Translations under genes and position numbers: made by a program
The notes under the pieces: model-generated
The model's input: only the letters and a program-made list of their open reading frames with translations
The model's database searches: none
What the model was told of the DNA's origin: nothing
Assembly: GCA_902599555.1 (NCBI GenBank)
Contig: CACKFQ010000003.1
Location: 607 to 64,606, forward strand
DNA from: an uncultured Candidatus Actinomarina sp.
GTDB taxonomy: Bacteria > Actinomycetota > Acidimicrobiia > Actinomarinales > Actinomarinaceae
DNA length: 64,000 nucleotides
Direction of reading: 5' to 3'
Part shown: positions 52,647 to 62,660 of the stretch, piece by piece
Layout of the letters: each line of letters begins with the position of its first letter
Numbering within the stretch: the stretch's first letter is position 1

Positions 52647-54125
52647 TTAATTACCAAAAAAAATCGAAGAGACTTCACCAAGGTAACTGAATATCCCAGG
52701 AAAAATACCTGCAACAAAAGTTATAAGAACTGTAAGAGCTCCTACAACTTTAAGAGGACTTTGAAATTCAAATGATTTTTCTTCTTCAGGATTTTTTAGT
52801 TCATCCATCCATATAACTTTTGAAATTCTTGCATAGTAAACAAGTGCAATAACTGCATTTATCGCACCTACTATAGCTAAGGAAACACCAATTATTTCCC
52901 CAGTACTCAAAAGACTTCTAAAGACCACAAACTTAGCAAACCAACCTCCAAGCGGAGGTATGCCTGCCAAAGAGAAAAAGAAAACAGTTGTTAGAACTCC
53001 AGTAAGAGGTGAGTGTTTCGCAATGCCTCCCCATTCATAAAAATTATCTGATTTCGTAAAGTTCGTAAAAAGATGTACTGATAAAAAGGCTCCTATATTC
53101 ATAAAGGCATAAATAATTAAATAAGTGACGCTTGCAAAAATACCATCTTGATAATTTCCAGTTATTCCAGATACAGCGAGTGGAGCGATAATAAATCCCG
53201 CCTGAGATATTGAGGAATACGCAAGCAACCTTACTGGGTTTGTTTGCTGTAGTGCTACTAAATTTCCTAGTGTCATTGTGGCACCTGCAACAATTGCTAA
53301 AATTACGCCCCAACTTCGGCCAGAACTTGCAAACACCTTTGTCAAAAGTACAATCAGTGCAACAAAGCCTGTAGCTTTGGAGCTAACTGAAAGATAAGCA
53401 GTTATTGGTAAAGGTGCACCTTCATAAGTGTCTGGAGCCCATGAGTGAAATGGAACAACAGATATTTTAAATCCAATTCCTGAAATAACTAAAATAGCAC
53501 TCAATAAAAGTACTGGCGAAGAGCCCAATGAGTTTGCAAGTAAATAGGCAGATATATCTGCGAAAACTAATTGTCCGGTTAATCCATAAATTAGTGAGAA
53601 TCCATACAATATTAGAGAAGCCGAGAGAACGCCTAGTAAGAAGAATTTAATTGCACCTTCATTAGATTTTCTGTCACCCTTTTTCCAACCAGATAATAAA
53701 AACATAGGCGTTGATGCTAACTCAATTCCAATAAATATTGTTAGCAGGTCCCTAGACGAACTTACTACTAAAGCGCCAAGTAGAGAGCTAAGGAGGAGGT
53801 AATAATACTCCCCTTGATAAAACTTATCACTTTCTATGAAGTTTATTGATAGTAAAAAAGTCAAATAAGTGATGAGTATAAACAGGCCTTTAAGAATGAT
53901 TGAAAATTTATCTACTACAAAGCTGTTGCCAAAAGTATAAATTGGATCTGAGTAAGTAGCCCACTGAATTACTAGGGGTGCTAAAGAAGCTAATGTCCCA
54001 AAAAGAGCAAAAGCTGCAACATAATATTTTGATTTTCTTGGAAGAATTAAATCTAATATTAAAGTCCCAACAATAGTGAATATAACTATTAACTCAGTTG
54101 AAATTGCAAAGTAGTTTATAGTAAT
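52647..54125 (-). CDS. nuoN: NADH-quinone oxidoreductase subunit N (proposed non-canonical ATT start)
   Basis: The track starts at TTG 53864 (405 aa), but the frame is open up to 54143. Codons 54125-53865 encode ITINYFAISTELIVIFTIVGTLILDLILPRKSKYYVAAFALFGTLASLAPLVIQW...FVVDKFSIILKGLFILITY, the usual NuoN N-terminal helices. There is no ATG/GTG/TTG in those 87 codons. GGAGGA (54136-54131) lies 5 nt before ATT 54125. Confidence 0.85.
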   Translation of the reverse strand: MTINYFAISTELIVIFTIVGTLILDLILPRKSKYYVAAFALFGTLASLAPLVIQWATYSDPIYTFGNSFVVDKFSIILKGLFILITYLTFLLSINFIESDKFYQGEYYYLLLSSLLGALVVSSSRDLLTIFIGIELASTPMFLLSGWKKGDRKSNEGAIKFFLLGVLSASLILYGFSLIYGLTGQLVFADISAYLLANSLGSSPVLLLSAILVISGIGFKISVVPFHSWAPDTYEGAPLPITAYLSVSSKATGFVALIVLLTKVFASSGRSWGVILAIVAGATMTLGNLVALQQTNPVRLLAYSSISQAGFIIAPLAVSGITGNYQDGIFASVTYLIIYAFMNIGAFLSVHLFTNFTKSDNFYEWGGIAKHSPLTGVLTTVFFFSLAGIPPLGGWFAKFVVFRSLLSTGEIIGVSLAIVGAINAVIALVYYARISKVIWMDELKNPEEEKSFEFQSPLKVVGALTVLITFVAGIFPGIFSYLGEVSSIFFGN

Positions 54126-54127
54126 TT

Positions 54128-55696
54128 TTATCCTCCAAATGCTTTAGAAAGAAGGCTAACAACAGCATCATTAGTTGCTCCAAATATTAGCTTTGGAAAT
54201 ACACCGATAAGAATTGTTAGAATTACCAGTGGGATCCATGCAGCTAATTCATAGCCATCTGCATCATGAAGCTCCATTTCATTCCATTCATCAGATGGTT
54301 CACCAAGATTAACTCTTTGCAACATCCACAACAAATATCCTGCGGTTAATACAGTTCCTATTGCACCAGCGACCATTGATCCTCGAAAAACTGTAATATT
54401 TAATCCATCAAGTGGATTAAATGCTCCAAGTAATGCCATAAACTCTCCCCAAAATCCAGCAAGTCCTGGCAGGCCTAAAGAAGCCATTGCAGTAAACCCT
54501 AACAGTGCTCCAGTCTTTGGAAGTAGTTTCATATTTCCACCTAACCTTCCCATATCCCGAGTGTGATATGTGTGAGCCATGGATCCCGATAGGAAAAATA
54601 ATAAGCCAGTGATCACTCCATGTGCGACCATACCAATCATTGCAGCATTTATACCAATTGGTGTTAATGAAGCTATACCCAACATTACAAAACCCATATG
54701 ACCAACTGAAGAAAATGCTATTAATCTCTTTAGATCAGTTTGAGCTAAACATGCAAGTGAACCATATATAATCCCTATTGCAGAAAGAATTGCAATCGCA
54801 GGCGCCCAGGCTTTTGCTTGTTCCGGAAGTATTGGTATTGCGATTCTAACAAAACCATAAGATCCTAATTTCAAGAGTATTGCTGCTAACAATACTGAAC
54901 CAACTGTAGGAGCTGCCGTGTGTGCATCGGGAAGCCAGGTATGTAACGGCCACATTGGTACTTTAACCGCAAAGCCAAGAAACAAAACTGCAAAAACTAG
55001 CATTGCAAATGTTCCTGTAAACGCACCATTAGTTCCAAGCTCAATTAACTCAGGAATGCTAAAAGTTCTATTTCCTCTGTAATACAAGCCTAAAAAGCCC
55101 AGTAACATAAATGCGGAACCAAATAGAGTAAAAACAAAAAACTTGATACTTGCATATAGTCTTGTTTCAATTTGATTTTTAAATCCTGCTACAGTTCTTA
55201 CAGTTTTATCTCCCCAAATTCCAATCATGAAATACATCGGAAGAAGAACTATTTCAAAAAATACAAAAAACAATATTAAATCAAGTGCAACAAATGTGCC
55301 ATTCATACCAGTCTCTAAAACTAAAATTAATGCAAGAAATCCCTTAGGACTTTTTGGTTCTGGTAGATGTTCAATTGAATAAATAATTGCTAAAACTGTA
55401 ATAAATGTAGACAAAATTAATAAAGGAAGAGATATTCCATCTATCCCAGTTTCATAATTTGCGTTGATGCTTTTTATCCATGAAATTTTATTACCTAGTT
55501 GTAATTTGTCTGCATTAGAAAAATCAAACTGAGGTAGGAGTAAGGCACTTAAAATAAATGTGACTATTGAAGATACTAATGCGAAGCCTTTAATTAAAAG
55601 CTCTTGGCTTTTTGGTATTGCGGTCAAAATTAATGCACTAATTAAAGGCAGAAAAACTACTGCCGTCAATCCTGTACCGTTTGTTAATAATTCCAC
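54128..55696 (-). CDS. nuoM: NADH-quinone oxidoreductase subunit M
   Basis: 522 aa antiporter-like subunit with ...PMWPLHTWLPDAH.... Confidence 0.96.
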   Translation of the reverse strand: MELLTNGTGLTAVVFLPLISALILTAIPKSQELLIKGFALVSSIVTFILSALLLPQFDFSNADKLQLGNKISWIKSINANYETGIDGISLPLLILSTFITVLAIIYSIEHLPEPKSPKGFLALILVLETGMNGTFVALDLILFFVFFEIVLLPMYFMIGIWGDKTVRTVAGFKNQIETRLYASIKFFVFTLFGSAFMLLGFLGLYYRGNRTFSIPELIELGTNGAFTGTFAMLVFAVLFLGFAVKVPMWPLHTWLPDAHTAAPTVGSVLLAAILLKLGSYGFVRIAIPILPEQAKAWAPAIAILSAIGIIYGSLACLAQTDLKRLIAFSSVGHMGFVMLGIASLTPIGINAAMIGMVAHGVITGLLFFLSGSMAHTYHTRDMGRLGGNMKLLPKTGALLGFTAMASLGLPGLAGFWGEFMALLGAFNPLDGLNITVFRGSMVAGAIGTVLTAGYLLWMLQRVNLGEPSDEWNEMELHDADGYELAAWIPLVILTILIGVFPKLIFGATNDAVVSLLSKAFGG

Positions 55697-55704
55697 TTTT
55701 CCTC

Positions 55705-57720
55705 CTATATAATAAACAAAATTAATAAACTAATCGTCACAACGCCACCTAAAAACAACATTAAATATTGCTGTGTTCTTCCTGTCTGTAGTAATTTAAC
55801 TTTCCCACCAAAGCTATCAGTTCCTGTGGAAGACATATTCAAAACTTTATCGATTCCATTTTGATCAATATTGTTATAAACTATTACACCCATAAATGAC
55901 GCAAGCTGACCAAAACCATTTACAAATCTATCTATTACATTTGTGTTAAATGCATCAACTGCTTTAGCCATATTTAATTTGATTGGATCAATAATAAATT
56001 TGAAATAGAAATCATCAATGTAGTATTTATTTTCTAATACTTTCCAAATAGGTTCGATTTTAATTTTGTCGTCTCCAGTCTCAGCACTTCCTTGAAGTTG
56101 GTATAAATAGTAACCTAGACCTATCCCTAGCAATCCTGCAGTTAAACCGAGTCCTAGAGCAAATAAGTCGAAGCTTTCTGGGTGATATTCAATAATAGGA
56201 TTTTTACGAGTAGTTACCCATTTGGTAAAGCCTGTGTAAACCCCTGGAATATTAACCCATCCAGAAGCTGCTGCAAATACAGCCAGTACAACTAGAGGTG
56301 TGGTCATCATGGAATCTGACTCATGTGGATGACCGTGGCCTCTGTACTCTCCTAAGAAAGTAAGGCAAACTGCTCTAGTCATATAAAAAGCAGTTATGAA
56401 AGCACCTAATACAGCTATAAAGAAAAAGGTTGTTTCACCTTCATGATTAAAAGATGCAAGGATTTCATCCTTAGAAAAGAAACCTGCGAATGGTGGTAAA
56501 CCGGCAAGTGCTACTGTTCCAATAATAAATGTTGAAAAAGTTTTTGGCATGACTTTCCTCAAACCACCCATTTCTAACATACTATTACTGTGTACTGCAT
56601 GTATTACTGATCCAGCCCCTAGAAATAATAGAGCTTTAAAAAACGCATGTGTCCACAAATGAAAGAGTGCTGCAGTGTACGCTCCAGAACCAATTGCGGC
56701 AACCATATAACCAAGCTGACTTACAGTTGAATATGCGAGAACTTTCTTTAGATCATCTTGAACAATTGCTATAAGTCCAGCCGTAAGAAGAGTTATTACT
56801 CCAAATAACATTACAATGTCTAATGCTTCATTTGCTATTCCTTGATAAAAAGGGAACATTCTAGCTAATAAGTAGACTCCTGCTGTGACCATTGTTGCAG
56901 CATGCATTAGTGCTGAAACTGGAGTTGGGCCTGCCATTGCGTCAGGTAGCCAGACATGTAATGGAAACTGTGCGCTTTTACCCATTGCACCTATAAATAG
57001 CAATACCCCGGCTACAAATGCGACATTTTTTATTGCTGGATAATCATGCGTTGCTTGATACAGAATTTCAGATATCCTCATAGTGCCAGTATTTAAAGCC
57101 AGAATTATTATTCCAATCATTAAGCCCACATCAGCAATCTTATTTGTAATAAAAGCCTTCATAGCTGCTGAAGAGTTGTCCTTGACTTCCCAATAATGCC
57201 CTATAAGTAAATACGAACAGACTCCAACTAGTTCCCAACCAATTAAAATTTGGATTAACGTAGGTGAAGAAACTAATACAAGCATACTTCCTGCAAATAA
57301 AGTCAAGGACGTGAAGAAAAATGTATATCTTATTTCACCTTCCATATAATTTGTCGCATAAATAAATACAAGAAGCGCGACAAGTCCAACAACAAAATAC
57401 ATCATGATTGATAGACCGTCTACTACCCAACCGAATTCAATATCAAATTGTCCGATATTTCCAACATTAATAAAAAATTCATTGGCAACCCCTTCAGTTA
57501 CATGAAGGTACATTAAAGCTAAGCTGTAAATAAAAATTATTGCGATAGTGCCTAATGCAATTTCAGCACCCTTTAGTGGAAGGCTCTTTCCTGCAAAAGT
57601 AATTATTAGTGCAGCTATAAAAGGAAGAACTACAAGGACCCAAACAAATTCTGCAAGTACGCCGCCGTCTGTGTAGACGACCTCACCCTCTGCGAACAAA
57701 TTAATATTTGTTTTTACCAT
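55705..57720 (-). CDS. nuoL: NADH-quinone oxidoreductase subunit L
   Basis: 671 aa antiporter-like subunit with ...FPLHVWLPDAM..PTPVSAL.H and a C-terminal extension (lateral helix region). Confidence 0.96.
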   Translation of the reverse strand: MVKTNINLFAEGEVVYTDGGVLAEFVWVLVVLPFIAALIITFAGKSLPLKGAEIALGTIAIIFIYSLALMYLHVTEGVANEFFINVGNIGQFDIEFGWVVDGLSIMMYFVVGLVALLVFIYATNYMEGEIRYTFFFTSLTLFAGSMLVLVSSPTLIQILIGWELVGVCSYLLIGHYWEVKDNSSAAMKAFITNKIADVGLMIGIIILALNTGTMRISEILYQATHDYPAIKNVAFVAGVLLFIGAMGKSAQFPLHVWLPDAMAGPTPVSALMHAATMVTAGVYLLARMFPFYQGIANEALDIVMLFGVITLLTAGLIAIVQDDLKKVLAYSTVSQLGYMVAAIGSGAYTAALFHLWTHAFFKALLFLGAGSVIHAVHSNSMLEMGGLRKVMPKTFSTFIIGTVALAGLPPFAGFFSKDEILASFNHEGETTFFFIAVLGAFITAFYMTRAVCLTFLGEYRGHGHPHESDSMMTTPLVVLAVFAAASGWVNIPGVYTGFTKWVTTRKNPIIEYHPESFDLFALGLGLTAGLLGIGLGYYLYQLQGSAETGDDKIKIEPIWKVLENKYYIDDFYFKFIIDPIKLNMAKAVDAFNTNVIDRFVNGFGQLASFMGVIVYNNIDQNGIDKVLNMSSTGTDSFGGKVKLLQTGRTQQYLMLFLGGVVTISLLILFII

Positions 57721-58019
57721 TTCATTAAATCAAATTCGTTAATGTTTGCGGTTTGTCTATTTCTAAACAACATGAGTACAATCGCAAGACCAATTCCAAC
57801 CTCAGCAGCAGCAATTGTAATAATAAAAATTGTGAAAATTTGTCCTTGCATCAATGTATCTGCAAGCATGGTATCAAACATAATAAAGTTGATATTGACA
57901 GAATTCAAAATTAACTCAATTGACAATAAAACCATTACGGCATTTCTTCTAACTAAGATTCCATAAATACCTAAAGAAAATAGCGCAGCTGCAACAACTA
58001 ATACAGGCTGAACAATCAT
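57714..58019 (-). CDS. nuoK: NADH-quinone oxidoreductase subunit K
   Basis: 101 aa, 3 TM, with ...LSIELILNSVN... and AAAEVGIGLAI. Confidence 0.95.
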   Translation of the reverse strand: MIVQPVLVVAAALFSLGIYGILVRRNAVMVLLSIELILNSVNINFIMFDTMLADTLMQGQIFTIFIITIAAAEVGIGLAIVLMLFRNRQTANINEFDLMKW

Positions 58020-58534
58020 ACTTGATCCTCATCAATTAATGCTTCGTCTTTCCTAGCAAGCGTTATGCCTCCAATTAAAGCTGCGAGTAAAACAAAAGAC
58101 ACTAGTTCAAATGGGAATACAAATCTACTAAGTAGTATTTCACCTAATAGCTCCGTTGAAGAACCGGATGTTATCGTCACATCGCCATCAAAACCATTAA
58201 TTAATATATATGAGAATAGAAGAAAAATTGATCCAGCTATTGCTGCTCCCAATTTTTTATTTTTATCGTTATCAAGTTCTGCATTTTTGCCAAGGGGAGC
58301 ACGTGTAATCATAATACCGAACAAGAAAAGAACTATTACTGCTCCAATATAAACGAGAACCAATACAAGTGCTACGAACTCTGTTGACAACATTAAAAAC
58401 AATATTGCCGTTAAAGCCAAAGTAAAAACTAATGAAATAGCTGCATGAATAACGTTTGAGGTTGTAACTACCCTTATTGCAGTTGATAAAAGCGCAAGAA
58501 GAACGAAATAAGTTACAATTTCAAAAATTTCCAT
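58016..58534 (-). CDS. nuoJ: NADH-quinone oxidoreductase subunit J
   Basis: 172 aa hydrophobic protein between nuoI and nuoK. Confidence 0.92.
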   Translation of the reverse strand: MEIFEIVTYFVLLALLSTAIRVVTTSNVIHAAISLVFTLALTAILFLMLSTEFVALVLVLVYIGAVIVLFLFGIMITRAPLGKNAELDNDKNKKLGAAIAGSIFLLFSYILINGFDGDVTITSGSSTELLGEILLSRFVFPFELVSFVLLAALIGGITLARKDEALIDEDQV

Positions 58535-58536
58535 TT

Positions 58537-59022
58537 TTAGCTTTCTAGACCTTCAGCCTCTGGAACAGTTTTTAACCAATCATCCAAACGTTCTTTGTCG
58601 TGCAACATGTCGCCCATGTTAAATTCAGAATATTCATATTCTGGTGACCAAAATAATGCATCAAAAGGACAAACTTCTACACAAATTCCACAGTACATAC
58701 ATAATGCATAATCAATATCGAACCTGTCTAGAACGGCTCTACTTCTTTGCCTACCCCCAGGTTTAGATGGAGGTTGTAACTCTTTATGGCCCTCAATATA
58801 AATACACCAATCTGGGCATTGACGGGCACAAAGCATGCAACTAGTGCATGCTTCTTGATCTAAAGCGATCACACCCCTTGCTCTTGGTGCAACTTTCTCT
58901 TTTTCAAACGGATAGTTTACATTTGGTTTTGAATGGAAAGGAGACAAAGTTTTTAACATATTAACAATTACGATTTTTATTCCAATTAAAAATCCAGGCA
59001 CTTTTGGTTTAAATGTTTTCAT
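58537..59022 (-). CDS. nuoI: NADH-quinone oxidoreductase subunit I (2x[4Fe-4S])
   Basis: 161 aa with CTSCMLCARQCP and CMYCGICVEVCP ferredoxin motifs. Confidence 0.96.
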   Translation of the reverse strand: MKTFKPKVPGFLIGIKIVIVNMLKTLSPFHSKPNVNYPFEKEKVAPRARGVIALDQEACTSCMLCARQCPDWCIYIEGHKELQPPSKPGGRQRSRAVLDRFDIDYALCMYCGICVEVCPFDALFWSPEYEYSEFNMGDMLHDKERLDDWLKTVPEAEGLES

Positions 59023-59993
59023 TAAAATCCAACCTTCATAACTGCAGTTACAAGAATATTAACTAAAGATGCAGGAATAAGTATCTTCCATGCAAGATTT
59101 TGAAGTTGATCTTCTCGGAATCTTGGTTGGGACCATCTTATTGCAACCAAGATAAAACCTAAAATAGCTGTCTTTGTCAAAAGAACTACTGGTCCATAAA
59201 AGTTTACCCATTCAGTTGGAAGGAGTGGTACATGGTAACCACCAAGGAATAATGTTGAAGCAATTGCACACAAAATAAACATATTCATGTATTCAGAAAT
59301 ATAAAATATAAGAAACCTGATACCAGAGTATTCTGTCATAAAACCCATAGTTAGTTCTGATTCACCAATTGGCATATCAAACGGTACTCGCATCATTTCA
59401 GCTGTTGCGGCAACCATGAAAATTAAGAATCCTACAATCTGTCCCCCAACTACAAAAGGTACTCCCCATTCAATTTGCTTTTCTACTATTCCAACTAGTG
59501 ACATAGTTTCAGCTTGAATAACTACTCCAACAACAGCAAGAATTAACGGAAGTTCATAAGCTATAAGCTGTCCTGCAGCTCTCAAACCACCCATTAGGGA
59601 ATACTTGTTTGCTGATGACCATCCAGCAGTTAGCACACCTATAGTTCCCAAAGAGCTGATCGCAAGTGCAAAGAAAACACCCAATTCTAAATCTGCTACT
59701 ACCAAAGTTGGGCTCATTGGGACTACTGCAAAAAGTGCAACGCAAGAAACCATAACATAAGCAGGTGCCCATTTAAACACGGGCCTATCAACTTCTGTAG
59801 GGATAATATCTTCTTTTTGAACAAATTTAAGTATTTCCGCAAGAGGAAATATGAAACCTCTAAGTCCTACATGTAAAGGACCCGGTCTTCGCTGCATCCA
59901 TGAGGCACCCTTTACATCCATTATTGTGAATATAATTGCTCCGTTCAAAGCAGCAATCGCAAGAAATCCAACCTTGACTAAAACTTCTGTCAT
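59022..59993 (-). CDS. nuoH: NADH-quinone oxidoreductase subunit H
   Basis: 323 aa with ...MQRR.GP..VG..G..QP.A. The 4-nt ATGA-type overlap with the nuoD stop leaves no space for nuoEFG. Confidence 0.96.
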   Translation of the reverse strand: MTEVLVKVGFLAIAALNGAIIFTIMDVKGASWMQRRPGPLHVGLRGFIFPLAEILKFVQKEDIIPTEVDRPVFKWAPAYVMVSCVALFAVVPMSPTLVVADLELGVFFALAISSLGTIGVLTAGWSSANKYSLMGGLRAAGQLIAYELPLILAVVGVVIQAETMSLVGIVEKQIEWGVPFVVGGQIVGFLIFMVAATAEMMRVPFDMPIGESELTMGFMTEYSGIRFLIFYISEYMNMFILCAIASTLFLGGYHVPLLPTEWVNFYGPVVLLTKTAILGFILVAIRWSQPRFREDQLQNLAWKILIPASLVNILVTAVMKVGF

Positions 59994-61186
59994 CTATCTA
60001 CGTCTCCTAGAACAAAGTCTAAACTTCCCATAATTGCAATTAAGTCTGGGAGTAAAGCCCCCTCAAGCATAATAGGTAAAATAGAAACATTGCTGAAAGA
60101 AGCTGTACGAACTTTAAGTCTGTAAGGCCCTAACCCACCATCTGAGACTATATAGTAACCCATTTCACCTTTTGGATTCTCTGCTCTTACATAGGTACGT
60201 CCTTGGGGAACTTTGATAACTTTGGGCACCTTTGCTTGTAGTGGGCCAGATGGCATAGAGTCGATTGCTTGTAAAACAATTTTTGCAGATTCAACCATTT
60301 CTTTAACTCTGACATCCCATCTGTCGTAACAATCTCCATTTTCTCCAACTGGAATATCATAATCAAATTGATCATATGGCAGATAATCTGTCTGGGTTCT
60401 TAAGTCTGACTTAACTCCTGATGCCCTGAGTATTGGGCCAGAAACACCATAAGCTTCTGCTGTTTCTGCAGTGAGAACGCCTACATTTTTGGTTCTTTTC
60501 TTAAAAACTTCATTTCCACCGATTAAATTTTGAAATTGATCAGCTGCCTGTATAACTTTTTCCATGGCTACTTTTGTATCTCTATAAAATCCAGCGGGTA
60601 AATCTTGAATATTTTTTTTCGAAGTGGGCCCTGCTCCGGCTGCAGGTTTTACTCCTCCAATACGATTAAAGTTTGGATGAAAACGTCCTCCAGTTACTGA
60701 CTCTATCAAATCTAAAACTCGTTCCCTATCTTCCATTGCATAAAAAATTGGGGTTAGAGCACCAACCTCAAGAGCGTATGCACCATTAAAGACGAAATGT
60801 GAAGAAATTCTGGCCATTTCAGTAAGAATTAGTCTGATATGCTTTGCTCTTTCGGGTACTTCTATTTCCATTAATCTTTCAGCTCCTGCAATAAATGGAA
60901 TCTCATTTGAAAACCCTGCGACCCAATCTATTCGATTTACAAGTGTTGTAATTTGAGGATAAGATCTTACTTCTGCGAGCTTTTCATATCCGCGATGCAT
61001 ATAGCCCAAAACAGGTTTTACATCATGTACTTTTTCACCATCTACTTTTGCTACCAGTCTTAAAACTCCATGAGTAGATGGATGTTGAGGTCCGATGTTA
61101 AGTGTCATATCTTCAGTTTCAATTTCAACTGATACAGAAGCCTCTGAAAATCTGTTCATATTCTGTGGATCTAAAGCATTAACCAT
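59990..61186 (-). CDS. nuoD: NADH-quinone oxidoreductase subunit D
   Basis: 398 aa with GPQHPSTHGVLRL and GYMHRGYEKL, ending ...LDFVLGDVDR. Confidence 0.97.
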   Translation of the reverse strand: MVNALDPQNMNRFSEASVSVEIETEDMTLNIGPQHPSTHGVLRLVAKVDGEKVHDVKPVLGYMHRGYEKLAEVRSYPQITTLVNRIDWVAGFSNEIPFIAGAERLMEIEVPERAKHIRLILTEMARISSHFVFNGAYALEVGALTPIFYAMEDRERVLDLIESVTGGRFHPNFNRIGGVKPAAGAGPTSKKNIQDLPAGFYRDTKVAMEKVIQAADQFQNLIGGNEVFKKRTKNVGVLTAETAEAYGVSGPILRASGVKSDLRTQTDYLPYDQFDYDIPVGENGDCYDRWDVRVKEMVESAKIVLQAIDSMPSGPLQAKVPKVIKVPQGRTYVRAENPKGEMGYYIVSDGGLGPYRLKVRTASFSNVSILPIMLEGALLPDLIAIMGSLDFVLGDVDR

Positions 61187-61724
61187 CTACTGATCCATCA
61201 CTTTCTGATTCTTCTGGCATTCCCTCAACATCTACATCTCCCGGCCAAGGTTTAACTTCTCTACTTATTAACTCAAAAGATTTCAGCATAGGATTTCCTT
61301 CATACCCATCAGGAAGATAAAGTTTTTCAAGATTTGGATGATTTTCAAAATTTATACCAAACATTTCGTATGCTTCTCTTTCATGCCAATTTGCACCAGC
61401 GTACACATCAATAAGTGAGTTAATATTTGGCTCTGATTTACTAATACTTGTTGATACAGTAACTAAGTTAGTATTGTCTAAATCTGAAAGGCATGTGATT
61501 ATTTCAAAACTAGGAGAAACACTCTCTTTTGGTGCTTCACCAACAGAAACTTCATTGTCCCAATCTATTGCTGAGAGCCAAGAGAAAAATTTTAAATTAA
61601 ATTCATCTCTAAGTTTTTTATGCACATCAATCCACTCTGTTGAATCAATTTTTATGTTGATTGTTTCAAACTCAAGAGTTGCCTCTTTAAAGCTTTCTTT
61701 TATATTGTTAAAAAATTCTTCCAT
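61179..61724 (-). CDS. nuoC: NADH-quinone oxidoreductase subunit C
   Basis: 181 aa with ...ANWHEREAYEMFGI.F..HP. Confidence 0.95.
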   Translation of the reverse strand: MEEFFNNIKESFKEATLEFETINIKIDSTEWIDVHKKLRDEFNLKFFSWLSAIDWDNEVSVGEAPKESVSPSFEIITCLSDLDNTNLVTVSTSISKSEPNINSLIDVYAGANWHEREAYEMFGINFENHPNLEKLYLPDGYEGNPMLKSFELISREVKPWPGDVDVEGMPEESESDGSVDG

Positions 61725-61725
61725 C

Positions 61726-62223
61726 TTAAATTGGCTCAGTTTGAACTTCTAACCACTTCTCTTTCATGTCTTCTCCGCGAATTTTTTTCTGTAGAAGAAT
61801 AATTCCTTCTTGCAATGCCTCAGGTCTTGGTGGACAACCGGGAACATAAACATCAACAGGGATTAATTGATCTACTCCCTTGGTGACTGAGTAAGAGTCC
61901 CAATAAGGTCCACCACTATTAGAACAAGATCCCATTGAAATAACATATTTTGGCTCAGGCATTTGGTCATAAAGCCTTTTCACAGAAGGAGCCATTTTAT
62001 CTGTTACTGTTCCTGCAACAATCATAAAATCCGCCTGACGTGGAGATGCTGGAAGAGGAATAACTCCTAACCTCATAAAATCATGCCTTGGCCCGCTTAC
62101 AGCCATAACCTCAATAGCGCAACATGCTAATCCAAATTGAAAGTACCATAGCGAGTATGATCTGGCCCAGTTGAATACTGAAGATATGGGTTTTGGTAGG
62201 CCGAATTTATCTATGACTCCCAT
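61726..62223 (-). CDS. nuoB: NADH-quinone oxidoreductase subunit B
   Basis: 165 aa with the N2-cluster ligand pattern GLACCAIE ... [10 protein letters not shown] ... GCPPRPE. Confidence 0.97.
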   Translation of the reverse strand: MGVIDKFGLPKPISSVFNWARSYSLWYFQFGLACCAIEVMAVSGPRHDFMRLGVIPLPASPRQADFMIVAGTVTDKMAPSVKRLYDQMPEPKYVISMGSCSNSGGPYWDSYSVTKGVDQLIPVDVYVPGCPPRPEALQEGIILLQKKIRGEDMKEKWLEVQTEPI

Positions 62224-62579
62224 TTTAAGACATCCTTTCTTATTGCGTATATAAGTCCAATTAACAAAATAAATATAAAAACAAACATTTCAATTAAGCC
62301 AAAGTAGCCAAGTTTTTCTAGGTTGATAGCCCATGGAAATATGAAGACCGCTTCGACATCAAATATTACGAAAAGCAAGCCGAATATATAATACCTTACG
62401 TATGTTTGACTCCATCCAGTTCCAACTGGATCAACACCACATTCATAAGTTTGCAACTTTTCTTCATAAGGCTTGTTTGGTCTTAGTACTGAAGCTACTC
62501 CAAGAAGCAATACGACAAGAAAGAGGCCAAAACCTAGCACTGCTCCTATGGTCACGTAATCTTGAAAATAAGAAATCAT
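62211..62579 (-). CDS. nuoA: NADH-quinone oxidoreductase subunit A
   Basis: 122 aa, 3 TM, with ...YECG.DP.G......Y...L.F.IFD.E..F..PW. No SD precedes the ATG. Confidence 0.94.
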   Translation of the reverse strand: MISYFQDYVTIGAVLGFGLFLVVLLLGVASVLRPNKPYEEKLQTYECGVDPVGTGWSQTYVRYYIFGLLFVIFDVEAVFIFPWAINLEKLGYFGLIEMFVFIFILLIGLIYAIRKDVLKWES

Positions 62580-62660
62580 AATTTATAGTTTAGTTAAACC
62601 TCTAAAAAGTTTAGTTTTTTCTCAAACTTCAGTGTAATTTTTTTGTAAGATTTTTTATAA

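Noticed and set aside
54122-54146. Idea that nuoM and nuoN are fused by stop-codon read-through
   Set aside because: On re-reading, the two genes are in different frames. The nuoM frame hits a second stop three codons after its TAA, and the nuoN frame has a TAA at 54146-54144. A non-canonical start explains the data better.
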